DNA of 64,000 nucleotides from Eledone cirrhosa (GCA_964016885.1 OZ024740.1:254386001-254450000); one strand, 5' to 3'. Counted from the first letter of the stretch, positions 24,154 to 40,052 are shown. The notes: generated by a model from the letters alone, not told the origin. Program-made: numbers and translations.

Positions 24154-24245
24154 ACGTATTACAAATGTTTCTCTGGCGAACAGCTCGAGATGCGATCTGT
24201 TTGTGGATCTACCTGACTCTGGATTCGCAAGTTCCTCAGATACGT
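24154..24245 (-). ncRNA. type I hammerhead ribozyme motif with long stem II
   Basis: Minus strand reads acgtat-CTGAGGA-acttgcgaa...ttcgccaga-GAAAC-ATTT-GTA-atacgt, followed by AATAAA. Stem I is a perfect 6 bp. Confidence 0.7.
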
Positions 24246-24553
24246 CTAGTGATTGCGAAGCAAATCCCCTTTCTGCTGGACTCTGACCCTTCGAATTTCT
24301 ATCATCTGCTTCATCCTGTTTGCGCGGTACTCTGATTGGTTGATAGTTCGGAACGTGATCTTTGTGTATGACCATTCAAATTGTCCACTGACCATTTCCA
24401 GTCGCCAGAAATTACTGCTATATTTAGGAGAGGTGTTATGAACTCTCTTGCCACTCCTTGGCTTGCCCGTCTCCCTACACATATACACCCACACGCTCGT
24501 GTGCTCACACATATACAGACATTCCGAGCCGCTGATCGCACACTTATCTGTGC

Positions 24554-24655
<102 letters not shown>

Positions 24656-26144
24656 AGAGCCTGCGTGTTTGTGTTCACACATGTACATACGTATATTCAC
24701 CTCTCATATACATGTACATTCATACATAGACATAGGCACACACGTACACGTAAGGGACCCGCATATATACATATATCTATCCATACACAATCACAAACAC
24801 ATATATATATATACACATATATTTACACACATGTATATACATACACACACATATACGCACCCATACACACACGTACATATGCGGTCAGTCAGGCCTACTC
24901 ATATATGCACACACACATACATATATATATATGTGCGTATGCACACGCACGCACACATATATACACAGGTGTTTACATATACATACACACAGAGGGAGAG
25001 AGAGAGAGAGAGGGGGGAAGGAAAAAAGGAGTCAGAGCGGGGATGGCGGAAGCTGAGGTGTGTGTGTGTGTATGCGTGGATGTAAGTGTGAGAGTCTGGG
25101 GGAGAGCGGGGGTACGCGCTTGTGGGTTTTGAAAAACCATTGTGTATGTTGGAGTGGAGTGTAAGTCTGTGTGTGTGTATGTGTGTGTGTGTGTCTGTGT
25201 CTGTGTGTGTGCGCGTGCGTGTGGATGGAAAGGGGTCGGATGGGGTGAGGGGAGATCGTGCGGGATCCAGAGGTGGTGTGGGTGTATGTGAGGATGTGCA
25301 CGTGTGTGTGTGTGTTTTGTGGTAAAGAGAGGATGATGTGGGTTCGTGTGAAACGTATGGTTGTGTGTGTGCGAAAATGGTATGTGTCTGTGTGTCTAAG
25401 TTTCTGAATGGTTGTCGATGTTTGTGTATAAGTGATGGCACGGTTCCAAGTTGAAATCGCATTGGTATCCGAGGGTGTAAACTTCTGTGGTAGAGTCCAT
25501 AGGAATGGTGAGGAGGAAGTGGAATGTTATGGGGCGCGAGCAACAGGAAGTGGTCAAGATAAGGGGTGGGGAGAGAGTGGTGAGAGTAGAGAAGACACGG
25601 CAATGTGTGAGAGAGAGGGGAGGAGGTAGGGTCAGCAAAACAGACTGGTGAATGAGAGGTAGTAGCATTGCTGTAAGTAGTGGGAAAGAGTAGCTGGCAG
25701 TTGTTTGTGGGTGAGAGTGGGATGTGTGTGTGTATGGAGTTGTGTGTGAGTGGGTGTGTGTGTTTTGAAGGTCTGGCGGACATGACAGGAGGTGATGTCA
25801 TTGCGAAAAGTTGAAGGAGAGGGTGGTGGGTGTGTGTGTTTGGGGGTGTATATTAGTGGAGGTGTTAGTAGGATATGGGTGTGTGGGAGGAGGTGGTGTT
25901 GGTAGTATGGGAGAGAGAGAAGGGGGAGAAGGTGCTGTGTAAATGTGTATGAGTGAGTGTACATATACTGGTGTGTATGTGCGTGTTTTGCGTGTGTGTG
26001 GTAAGGGGGAAGGGTGAGTGGGGTGTTAGTATTATTAGTGGTTGGGTGGTCGAATATGGGTGTGGAGGTGGAGTGGCTGGAAGGTGAGGGCACTGTTAAT
26101 GTTGGGAGTGTTTTTAGTGGTGTTAGTATGGACGGGATATATAT

Positions 26145-26600
26145 AAAGAAGAATGCCCATTACAGGGTAAATGTAATACTAAATCCATTGTGTATGAGGC
26201 CAAATTGACACCGTTGATTAATAACCAGCCAGCCAGGAGTGAACGATATGTTGGCATGACTCAGGACAGATTCAAAACCAGGTATTATGCACATGTCGCT
26301 TCTGTTAAACACCCTGAAAAAATAACAGCAACGGCCCTCGCAAATAAAGTGTGGGAATTCAAAGACAAAAACATTCTGTACACTATTGATTGGTCTATTT
26401 TAGACCATTCAAGAGAATACCAAAGGGGCACAAAGAAATGTTCTTTGTGCACCACCGAAAAATTTAGAATTTTCCAAAATTTGAAAGCCCCTTCCACTTG
26501 CCTCAACTCCAAGACCGAGATCCTCAGATGTTGTCCACATCTGAAATCGCATCTACTTTTTAACTGGATTGACATTCCTACGATGACTCAACCACATTGA
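26145..26600 (+). pseudogene. 5'-truncated Penelope-like element (Neptune-type) GIY-YIG endonuclease
   Basis: ECPLQGKCNTKSIVYEA...YVGMTQDRFKTRYYAH...CSLCTTEK...LNSKTEILRCCPH. Confidence 0.88.
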
Positions 26601-27106
26601 GCTTCTTCTTTACTCATTACGCTTTCCACTCACTAGGAATATTATTACTCTCTGAACTCACATTCCTTACCCATATATTCTTTTTCTCCCTCATCTCCTT
26701 CTATATCTCCTTATATTTATTATTATTTTTTTCCTATTATAATAGTTTTTCAGTTGACTTATATTTACCCCTACTTTCAACCTTACCCTTTACACTTACA
26801 CACCCACAACCTTTATCCTTTACTCAGTTCACTCTTTAACCAGATACTCTTATCTAGATCTCATCGCATACATTTCTCCCTTACCTATTCTTAATAATTG
26901 TGTTTATTATTTCAATTTTACTCCCCTCTTGTCCTCACTTACCCACTGGGTTTTTATGTTCTCACATAGGGCAGTGTGCGGGGGAATTCGCAGACAGACT
27001 CATGTGTACTTACATTTATAGTATTTTGATTGTTCTTTTGTACTTGTGTGTTTGTGTGTATGTGTATATGTGTGCGTATATGTATATGTATGTATATATA
27101 TATATT

Positions 27107-27140
<34 letters not shown>

Positions 27141-27469
27141 AATGAAGGGTATAGAAATTGTTGTAGCATATATATATATATATATGTGTGTATATATATA
27201 TGTATATATATATATATGTATATATATATGTATATATATATATATATATTTTTGCCCATATGGGTTTGTGAGTATTGATTTATTATTTTTTAGATCGTAC
27301 AGGCAAACTATATGTATTTGAATTAAGATATTTCATTCTAACGATTTTATTAGTCAATTGCAACTAAAACATGTAAATGTTCATCAAATATTAAATTATT
27401 CTGCTCAGAAGCGATTCTTAGAGCTGAAATGATTGTAAATGACCCCATTGAGTGTAAACTCTAAGTTAT

Positions 27470-27890
<421 letters not shown>

Positions 27891-28798
27891 GAGGTGAGTT
27901 TTATTGTAGTACAATATTGTAGTACAATCCTCGTAAAACAATAACATTTGTTTTTGACATTTTGAGTATTCATCCGCAATCATTATTATTTTTTCTCTCT
28001 ATCATAAATCTTTTTAATCTCAATTTCATCCTTAATTTATTATTATTTTTCTCTCCCCATCAACGAACTCATTATTAATACATATGAATTCAATATAAAA
28101 ACTTTAACTTCACATTATTTTTCTCAAATCCTTCTACACATAAACTTTTTCTCTTTGCTAATTTTAAAATTCCTACATTTCTCCTTTTGACGTTAGAATA
28201 TTCACCCACAATTATTATTTTTTTCTCTCTATCTCCATACATAATTTCCCTTCGTTATTTTTTTCTCTCTATCTCCATACATAATTTCCCTTCGTTAATT
28301 TTCAAATTCCTTTAATTTATACATTATCTTCCAACGGTTCCCAACCTCTCTATATTAAAACATTATATCTTTTTCTCAGTTATAAAAACTATCTCTTTCT
28401 CTCTATCACCCATCTCTCCCTTTCCACCTTCACTCTCATCTCCTCCCCTTTTTTTCATCCTTTCCACCCCCACCCCTCCCTAAATATAATATATTTTTTC
28501 CTCGCACATATCCTCCCTTCGTTAATTTTCAAAATTTTTAATTTATACAGTATCTTCCAACGGTTTTCAACCCCTCTATATAAAATATATCTCCTCTCAG
28601 TTATATAAACTATCTCTTTCTCTCTATCACCCATCTCTCCCTCTCATCTCCTTCCCTTTTCATCCTTTTCTCTCCCCCCCTCTCTAAATAAAATATTTTT
28701 CCCAATATCACACATCAATCTAAAACCACTTTTCATATGTTGATTTAAAACTGCACTATCAACAAGTGTTTTTTTAGCCTTCATATCATGTTCTCCTG

Positions 28799-28865
28799 TT
28801 TTATCTGATGAAAACACAAATATTATTGTTTGATGATGTTTGTTTTTGAAATGCGCATAATAAAA
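28799..28865 (+). ncRNA. type I hammerhead ribozyme motif
   Basis: ttttat-CTGATGA-long stem II-GAAA-TGCGC-ATA-ataaaa. Stem III is palindromic (ATGCGCAT). It lies at the end of a pyrimidine-rich PLE-like tail (27890-28895). Confidence 0.75.
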
Positions 28866-28958
28866 TATATTGAACTCCTTTAACCATCTTTTGATCTTAT
28901 ATTATATATATATATATATATGCGTGCGTATGTATTTGTATATACGCGTGTATATGTA

Positions 28959-29075
<117 letters not shown>

Positions 29076-29109
29076 GTATATATGTGTGTGTATATGTTTG
29101 TATACGTAT

Positions 29110-29175
<66 letters not shown>

Positions 29176-29179
<4 letters not shown>

Positions 29180-29366
29180 CTGAGCAAGCGGTTATCAAAC
29201 AATTCTCTAAATAAATTAAAAAACGATTTAAATAATCACCTGTTCTATTGCTGTTACCGACGGTTTCATCATTCCAAACCGTCGGTAACAGCAATAGAAC
29301 AGGTGATTATTTAAATCGTTTTTTAATTTATTTAGAGAATTGTTTGATAACTGCTTGCTCAGCTAT
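29176..29366. repeat. near-perfect palindrome, 91-bp arms with a 9-nt loop
   Basis: One mismatch between arms; loop CATCATTCC. The apex contains GAAACCGTCGGTA on the minus strand. Confidence 0.95.
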
Positions 29367-29613
29367 TTTTATATTGTTCTGGTATCTCGAATTAGTACCA
29401 TTGAACCACAAATATTATAAACACCTTGCATATTTCTACAAGTACATAGTGTCTGTTGAAGTATTCATCCACTTTTATATATATATATATGTATATATAT
29501 ATGTGTGTGTATGTGAGTGTGTATATGTGTGTGTATGTATATGTCTATATATATATATATTATATATATATATATGTATATATGTGTAGATGTATATATA
29601 TAATATATATATA

Positions 29614-29653
<40 letters not shown>

Positions 29654-29702
29654 TGCGTATGTATTTGTATATACGCGTGTATATGTAATATATATATATA
29701 TA

Positions 29703-31520
29703 TAGTAATAATAATAAAATTGAAGACTAAAATCCAAAGAGGGCTCGATAAGGAAAATATATATCAAATATATAAGAACCGTAGAGCAAATATTTATTAA
29801 AATAACAGATTAAAGTTTAAGCAAAGAATCGCTGCTTTCACCCTTAACGGGATCTTCTGAAACTAACAAAGTCAATCTGTAAACGCAGAACTGGATATTT
29901 CAAAAAACGTTGCAACCGGAGGAAGACAGGAAGACGATACTTTGGTTCGTGGAAACGTTCGCTGGCAAAGAACGGGAAAAAATAAATATAGTAAAATTTT
30001 TAATAGAAATACTATTAAAATTTCTTACTCTACGACTCCTAACCTTGCACATAACATGACAGCTTCAAATTTAGCTAAACTACCTAGCCGTAGGAACACG
30101 TGCAACCCTGTAGTTAGTACTAACTGTAATTGTAGGAATCGGGCTGATTGCCCCCTATCCGTAACATTGTCTACAAATGTAAGGTTGTAACACCCACGTC
30201 CCATAGCCTACATAGGGTTAACCGCCAATAGTTTCAAGCAGCGTCTTTACATGCATACCCATTCTTTTCGTTACCCTTTAAGAAGGAATATGACGTCACT
30301 TTCAGCTTATATCTGGAGTCTAAAAGACAACCACACCCAATATAAGTTACACTGGGAGATCCTAGCTAGGGCTAGATCGTATAACGGAAATAAAAGACCA
30401 TGTGACCTCTGCGCCGCTGAGGCCCTGGAAATACTCTACGCTACAGACCACATCTTAAACAAAAAATCTGAGGGAATTTCGGCTTGTAAACATAAATTGC
30501 ACAAAACTTTCCTGTATTACAGCCCCACGTTATACCCTAACGGATAGCACGCTCTATACGTGGATATTTTACGTCTTGATGTGGGAGCTAAGTATACGTT
30601 TTGTTTATTCCTTTACTTATTTGCATAGGTAAGTATATATTACCCGTATGTTTTGTGAAGGTATGTATACCTTCTCGTACGTATATTTGACCGTTATAGC
30701 ATATAATTTTTACATATTCTAGTATTTAGGGTTTGGCTATGTGTATACGGGAGTTTTGCGTCCGCGTGAGTGTGCAGGTTCGTACGTATGGTGGGTGTGT
30801 GTATATGTGTACTTCTTGTTTTAGTTGACTTACGTCTCCGAACATTCGTGTACTTATATGTAGGTATGCGTGTGCGCTTGTTATATACGTATTTATTTAC
30901 TTATATACGTTTATATAATTATTTATTTATTTGTACACAAGCATACACACACACACATATTTATATGTGCGTGGTTTTGTATACCCATGGTAAGATTTTG
31001 CGTATGATTGTGTATGTACGTATCTGTTTGCGTGTATGTATTTATTTGTTTCTATTACTTCTGTATTGTATTTATTTACTTTGTTCTTAACTCTGTAGCG
31101 GAGATTCATTTGGTCTCCTAGTCTACAACTTCTGCTATACCATTTACGTGGTTTTGTTCTCCACGCTCCACATATGACTTATTATCTTCGTTTTTTCGTT
31201 CATTGCCAGAGAACGTCTCTATGCACCACCTAAGAGAACATTTGTCTACGACCTCTTTTATACCATAAACGTGGTTCTGTCTTTGCGCGTAAATTGTTTT
31301 TCACCGCTCCTATTAATGACGTATTATTCGTTTTTTCCCGTTCTTTGCCAGCGAACGTTTCCACGAACCAAAGTATCGTCTTCCTGTCTTCCTCCGGTTG
31401 CAACGTTTTTTGAAATATCCAGTTCTGCGTTTACAGATTGACTTTGTTAGTTTCAGAAGATCCCGTTAAGGGTGAAAGCAGCGATTCTTTGCTTAGACTT
31501 TAATCTGTTATTTTAATAAA
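29703..31520 (+). mobile_element. 5'-truncated Neptune-type PLE with inverted 5' pseudo-LTR
   Basis: KIFNRNTIKISYS...CNCRNRADCPL and YIGLTANSFKQRLYMH...CDLC...LNKKSE...CKH (29985-30547). 29790-29982 is an inverted copy of 31330-31520 and extends ~90 nt further, the typical PLE tail arrangement. Confidence 0.88.
31433..31508 (+). ncRNA. type I hammerhead-like motif with non-canonical CAGAAGA core
   Basis: agttt-CAGAAGA-t-ccc gttaa ggg-t-GAAA-GCA gcgattctt TGC-TT-a(g/a)act, with outer helix acagattga/ttaatctgt. Minus-strand copies at ~4465-4542, ~15968-16043 and ~29804-29880. Confidence 0.6.
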
Positions 31521-31753
31521 TATATATATATATATATATATATTTCGTTTCTGAATTTGTTTAGCAAGATTCTTTATCTGAAAACGTGTGTTGAAACCAA
31601 TATTGTTATACTTTGGGAGGGTCATGTTGCCAATAAGAAACACACGCACCAGTTGCTTTCACTTCAATTTATTATAATAAATTTATAAATTTAGGAATTT
31701 ATAAATTTCCGGTTGGTTGGTTGGTTCCACAACCAGATGGTTGTTTATATATT

Positions 31754-31796
31754 GTCAAAGTTCTTTCGTCACACATTCTGTGACCTCTTCAGTGAC
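31754..31796 (-). ncRNA. minimal type I hammerhead motif downstream of the PLE ORF
   Basis: Minus strand reads gtca-CTGAAGA-g-gtcaca gaatg tgtgac-GAAA-GAAC-TT-tgac, ~190 nt after the GIY-YIG stop and on the same strand. Confidence 0.7.
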
Positions 31797-31987
31797 TGAG
31801 AATTCTTTTCTTTGTTTTTTGTGCCTCTCCTTTGTTCTGTCCTACGCCATCTTGTTTTTGTGTGCTTAGTTTGCGCATGTGTTACATCCGCGTGTCTGTG
31901 TGTGTTTATATTCGTTTATTTATTTGTTTATTTACATGTTACTGGTTGGTTGTTTGTTCTATGTGCGTGTGTGTTTTCATTTTGTCC

Positions 31988-33510
31988 TTAATTGTAAGTT
32001 GTGATGTTGCTGTTCCACTCATGTTTTCTATTTAATTTTGGTTGTAATTCATTTATGTTTATTGCCTCTGTGATTTGTCTAAACATTGCGTCTTTTCTGT
32101 GTGTAGATTCTATTTTTATTTCTATGTTCTCTAATTTACCCTTATGTTCTATTTTAGCATGTTGGTAGAGTACAGATGATTCTTTACTATCTTGAAGGTC
32201 TCGCCAGTGTTCATTTATCCGTTCCCCTATACTACGAGCTGTCTCACCTATGTACACTATATTTTTATCTCTACATTGTCCTTCAGTACATCTTATGCTA
32301 TATACTACATTTCTAGTTTTACAGTTAATATGGGGCTTAATTTACAGATTATACATTTCTTATCTATACAGGGAGGTCTTTGAAAATGGTATGTCTTGCT
32401 AATAAGTGTTTTTATGGAGGTACCTGGTCTTTCTACTATCTTAATATTGAGTTTATGTTTATCTAGGGCCCTTCTAAATTTGTAAGCTAATTCACCTCTA
32501 GGGGTTGTATCGATGAACATTACACTCTGGTATTTATTGCTATCATACCATGACTTTATTCTATTAGCCTTATTCCTAGTTCTTTCTATTCTATTCCAAA
32601 ATTTGCTCCTATACAAGGGGCAGGTCCCATTTGTGTCATTATTTACCATTTTTCCCCATTTGATTCTGGCTCCTCTATACACTCTGATTTTATCTCTCTG
32701 ATTGTAACCAGAGAACTGCATACGGTGGATGAAGTGTTGTATGTGTCTCTCTAGTTCTTCGGGGTTGCACATGCGGGACACGTTTCTCATCACCCGTACC
32801 AAATCCGCAATCAGTATGTTGATTTTGGTATGGTCCGAAATAGCTGAGTTTCGGTGGATCAGACATTTGGAAGTCATGGGTTTGGCATAATGGGAATGGA
32901 GGATTTGATTTTTGTTATTAATGGTATCAAACCAGAGCTCTGTGTCTAGTACAGGTAATCGATGGTTGGGGTGTTTGCTTGGGTAGTCTATAGTAACTCT
33001 AATACTCTGGTGGATGGAGTTAGCTATTTGCTGGATGCTTTCCATTGTGTTTTTCTCTAATTCCTGACTGTTCTCTAGTGGGGGTGTTTTAACTACGATG
33101 TTTATATCATCAACGTAGTGGGAGTACATTATCAGGGTTAAGGGGTCTTCTAATTGTTCTTTAAGTTTAAGTTTAAGTCTACTGTCCCACCATACCATGA
33201 ATAAGTTAGCTATGTCGCCTGCAATGCTAACACCAATGGCTGCTCCCTCCTCTTGGGCATATGTTTTTCCATTAAATTTGAACATATGTTCCTTAAGGGT
33301 TAATTTTATGCTGGCCCCCACCGCATGTGCAATCATTTACTTTAGTTCATCGTGGTTTTCGGGGGTCCGCATGGCTCTGGTCCACCCGTTCCATCTATCT
33401 GTGTGGGTTTTCTTGGTCATTGAGATAATGGTAGGTGGTCTGCCTCTTGCTGGTCTTGTAGGGTACAGGTTGCTAAGGTCATATGTGTCTAGATAATTAT
33501 TACTATAGGT
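31988..33510 (-). pseudogene. Penelope-like retroelement ORF (RT plus C-terminal GIY-YIG), 5'-truncated
   Basis: PLE RT motifs FKFNGKTYAQEEGAAIGVSIAGDIANLFM, YVDD, LPVLD and HYAKPM. After a frameshift near 32333 it continues CKTRNVVYSIRC...YIGETARSIGERINEH...EAININELQPKLNRKHEW. One in-frame stop lies just upstream of 33336. Confidence 0.93.
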
Positions 33511-33513
33511 AAG

Positions 33514-33601
33514 TTTGATTGGTCGGTAGAGGTCACGTGAATGCTACATTTGGCGCAAAATCAATTTTTAACATTCACGTGACCTCTACCGACCAATCAA
33601 A
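33514..33601. repeat. 30-bp perfect inverted repeat
   Basis: TTTGATTGGTCGGTAGAGGTCACGTGAATG / CATTCACGTGACCTCTACCGACCAATCAAA. Confidence 0.9.
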
Positions 33602-33898
33602 ATTGTTTTGACCACAAGAATTTTTGCAACACGAATTGGCGCGAAACTTATTTAAATACTCTGGAGCCACTTTTTTCACATAAAACAGGTAGAATTTCCA
33701 AAACTAATCAGATTACAGCAGACATCACGGGCGCTCTATCTCAAAATTATTTTTGAAAAGTATTAGAAATGCGCAACCGGTAAAAACTTAAAACTAAAAC
33801 TGAATACTAACCAATATTTATTACTAATTTTTACTTATTCCTAATTAAACTATTTTTCACTGGGAACAATTTGTCAGCATTTTCTTTTCCTTTTACCA

Positions 33899-33930
<32 letters not shown>

Positions 33931-34701
33931 GTGAGGTTTTTTTTACAAAATGAAAAAAAAAACGAGATGTCCTACACGAGTGAAAGTATAAGGAAAAAAG
34001 ATGAAATCGAAAATGCAACTGGAGTCTTTAAAAAAAAAAAAATATTTATTTGGTTCCTTTACCGATTTCGCAGTTCTTGTGCTTTTCAAAAGTAGAATTG
34101 AGATGGAGGGTTTGTGGTTTTTCTCACATATGGTTGGTGTTCGAATGTTATTTCTGTTTTATATGGAAACAAGTGGCTCGAAATGGTAGGTTTTTAGAGA
34201 AGTAATTTGGTTGGTTGGTGAATAAGTATAATAAATTTAGCGCCAGTTCGCGTTACAAAGTTCTTATTATATTTGCCTTTAAAAAAAGGGGGGCTCAGAT
34301 TGTTTTTTCATATATGAGTGAAATTTGGCTGGTTGATGAAGTCACGTGAATAAGCACATCAACTTTCGCGCCAGTTTGTGTTTGAATTTCTTTTTACTTA
34401 AAAAAAGTGGCTCAGGAAGGCTTTTTTTTATATATGTAATTTGGTTATAAATGAAATTATGACTGTCACGTGAACAAGTACATTAAATTTCGCCCCCGTA
34501 TTTTTGAATTTTTCTGTAGCCATTTAGAGAATTTTGTACCAAACAAAAGATAATGGTCAAGAAAAAAGGAATGGGGAGAATTATTCTGGTTCAGTGAGTA
34601 TGATTGATGTGCTGAAATGTAATTTGATTGTGTGCCTATTCTTAGAGTATCTTATTCTCATAGTAGTAATGGTCAATCTGTCAGGCAGGCATAGCTGGCT
34701 G

Positions 34702-34918
34702 TCTGGCTGTTTCAGTGGCCGAAGAGGTAAGCCAAGTAGGGGCCAGGAGAAAGATAGAGTGAAAGGTCTACTGATGCTACATCGCTTATCTTGTTGACTG
34801 CCGCTTCTTACCTGACCTGTTTGGCTGTGTCAGTGGTCGAGAGGGTAAGCCAGTAAGGACCAGGAGAAAGATAGAGTGAAAGGTCTACTAATGCCTACAT
34901 CGCTTATCGTCTGTTGAT
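34702..34918. repeat. ~118-bp diverged tandem duplication
   Basis: CCAGGAGAAAGATAGAGTGAAAGGTCTACT...CTACATCGCTTATC occurs twice. Confidence 0.8.
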
Positions 34919-34934
34919 TCCTCAACTCCTTGTA

Positions 34935-37888
<2,954 letters not shown>

Positions 37889-37891
37889 TTA

Positions 37892-39150
37892 TCTATAAAA
37901 GGCAGATTGTTGTTGTTGTGTGTGTGTGTGCATGTTCCATGTTTATACATTTGCACAATTTCAAACCGATTCGACTCAGTCTGTAAGAATGTTGTAAATG
38001 GTCTAACTTAGATCAACGACTATTTATTTCATTCACACTCACCAATAATTACGGAAATAATCGATAAAACTAAATACATGACGCTTTACCCCTCCCTCTA
38101 ATATAATCAATTTACCTCTCTCTACTCCTCTTAAAATTAAATAAAACTACATACATGCTTACAAACTTCCTTTAGGAACGCCGAAGAGAGAGAGAGAGAG
38201 AACGTTTGTTTTTGAAAACAAACGTTCTCTCTCTCCTCTTTGGAACGGTCAAAGAAGTATCAGAGTATATTATTGTGTATACTAAATAAACTATGAGGTC
38301 ACTAAACCTGCTAGAAACAGCAGCAAACTCTCCCCCATATCACACCACTCCCTACTGTCTTAAATTTAGAAAACATATCCTCTATGAGGTCACTAAACCT
38401 GCTAGAAACATCAGCTAACTCTCCCCCATATCACACCACTCCCTAGTGTCTTAAATTTAGAAAATATATCCTCTATGAGGTCACTAAACCTGTTAGAAAC
38501 AGCAGCTAACTCTCCCCCCTATCACACCACTCCCTATTGTCTTAAATTTAGAAAACATCAAAAGCAAGATAAATTTATTCAACAACAAAAAAATTAGTGA
38601 TAAATCTTTTTTAAAACCTCTCAACGAACGTGGAAGAAAGAAGTATCAGTTTATTTACTATACACAATAATATACTCTATGAGGTTACTAAACCTGCTAG
38701 AAACAGCAGCTAACTCTCACCCATATCACACCACTCCCTACTGTCTTAAATTTAGAACACATATCTTCTGTGAGGTCACTAAACCTGCTAGAAACAGCAG
38801 CTAACTCTTCCCCATATCACACCCCTCCCTACTGTCTTACATTTAGAAAACACACATTAGACAACCATGCAGAACAACTCCATTGCAACTCTGTTGTTCG
38901 GCTGGCATCGTCTACGCTCGTGCTGCGCAAGTACTGTGAAACAATAAATTTCAACATTTCTTTGCACAGAGATAATATCCATAGGCGAAACTACAATTGT
39001 CACTGCTGGCGCAGCTCCTGCTTCGGCAGTCCAGGTATGCAATTCATTCACCCAGTGCCTGGCAGACAAAAAAGTGCTGCCATAAAATGGGTGGTGCAAC
39101 CTAACTTTGGTAACTTACTGACCCCGAGCAACGCCGGGCTTTAATGCTAG
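37892..39150 (+). mobile_element. second, non-autonomous Helitron with internal 91-bp repeats
   Basis: A|TCTATAAAAGGCAG start 3 nt after the previous CTAG. Its last ~200 bp (38948-39150) duplicate 37686-37888 and end CCCGAGCAACGCCGGG...CTAG|T. Confidence 0.75.
38291..38856. repeat. 91-bp repeat, five copies in two blocks
   Basis: CTATGAGGTCACTAAACCTGCTAGAAACAGCAG... starts at 38291, 38382, 38473, ~38677 and ~38768. Confidence 0.9.
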
Positions 39151-39223
39151 TATATACATATAAATACACACACACACACACATATATATACATACACATA
39201 CATACACACACACGCACGCACAC

Positions 39224-39284
<61 letters not shown>

Positions 39285-40006
39285 ACCATCACGTCTCCTT
39301 CACCCCCAACACTTCCCAATACCACTTTGGATTAATCATCTTATTTTTGTTTTTGTTTTTATTTTATTTTCATCGAAAGACATGCATCTTACACCTCATT
39401 AACTCATTAACACACCCACATTCATTTTCTGCATATATACTTCTTCCTCCTCGTCATATATTCTCTATTTTATATTTTATCTTATTCCTTCACCAAAGGC
39501 CATTTAGGCAATTCTGACCCGTATAAGGGCATTTTTACAACCCCTTTCCAAACCAACAACAACAACAACAACACTGCTCTCTCAACAAAAATTTAAACAC
39601 TCATTAACTTTGTTTTATACTTTGATTTATATCACATTTCTTCACCAAAGACATTTTAGGTGGTAAATCTGACCACCTCATCGTCTTCCTCACCCACAAT
39701 ACCTCCCAACTCTTCTCTCAATCAATCATCTTGATTTTTCACTTCTTTTTTCTTTTTTTATTTACTTTTATTTTCATTAACACTTCCCCAGACACACTTC
39801 CAAATTCCTTATATATACACCAACACACTACAACTTTACATCAATCGCCACCGACGAATGCGAGAAAGTTCTCCAGAAAGTTATTTAAAAACAACTTTCC
39901 GCCAAAGTTAACAAAGATCTACATTGCAAAATTATAAAATTATAGAATTGTTAAATTATAAAATTAGATTGTTATAGAATTCAAATTAAAAGTGAAGTCA
40001 TTCTTT

Positions 40007-40052
<46 letters not shown>

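Noticed and set aside
27395-27445. Hammerhead downstream of the 26145 GIY-YIG remnant
   Set aside because: Stem II and GAAATGATTGTA are present but the CTGAnGA core is missing, so it is at best a dead remnant.
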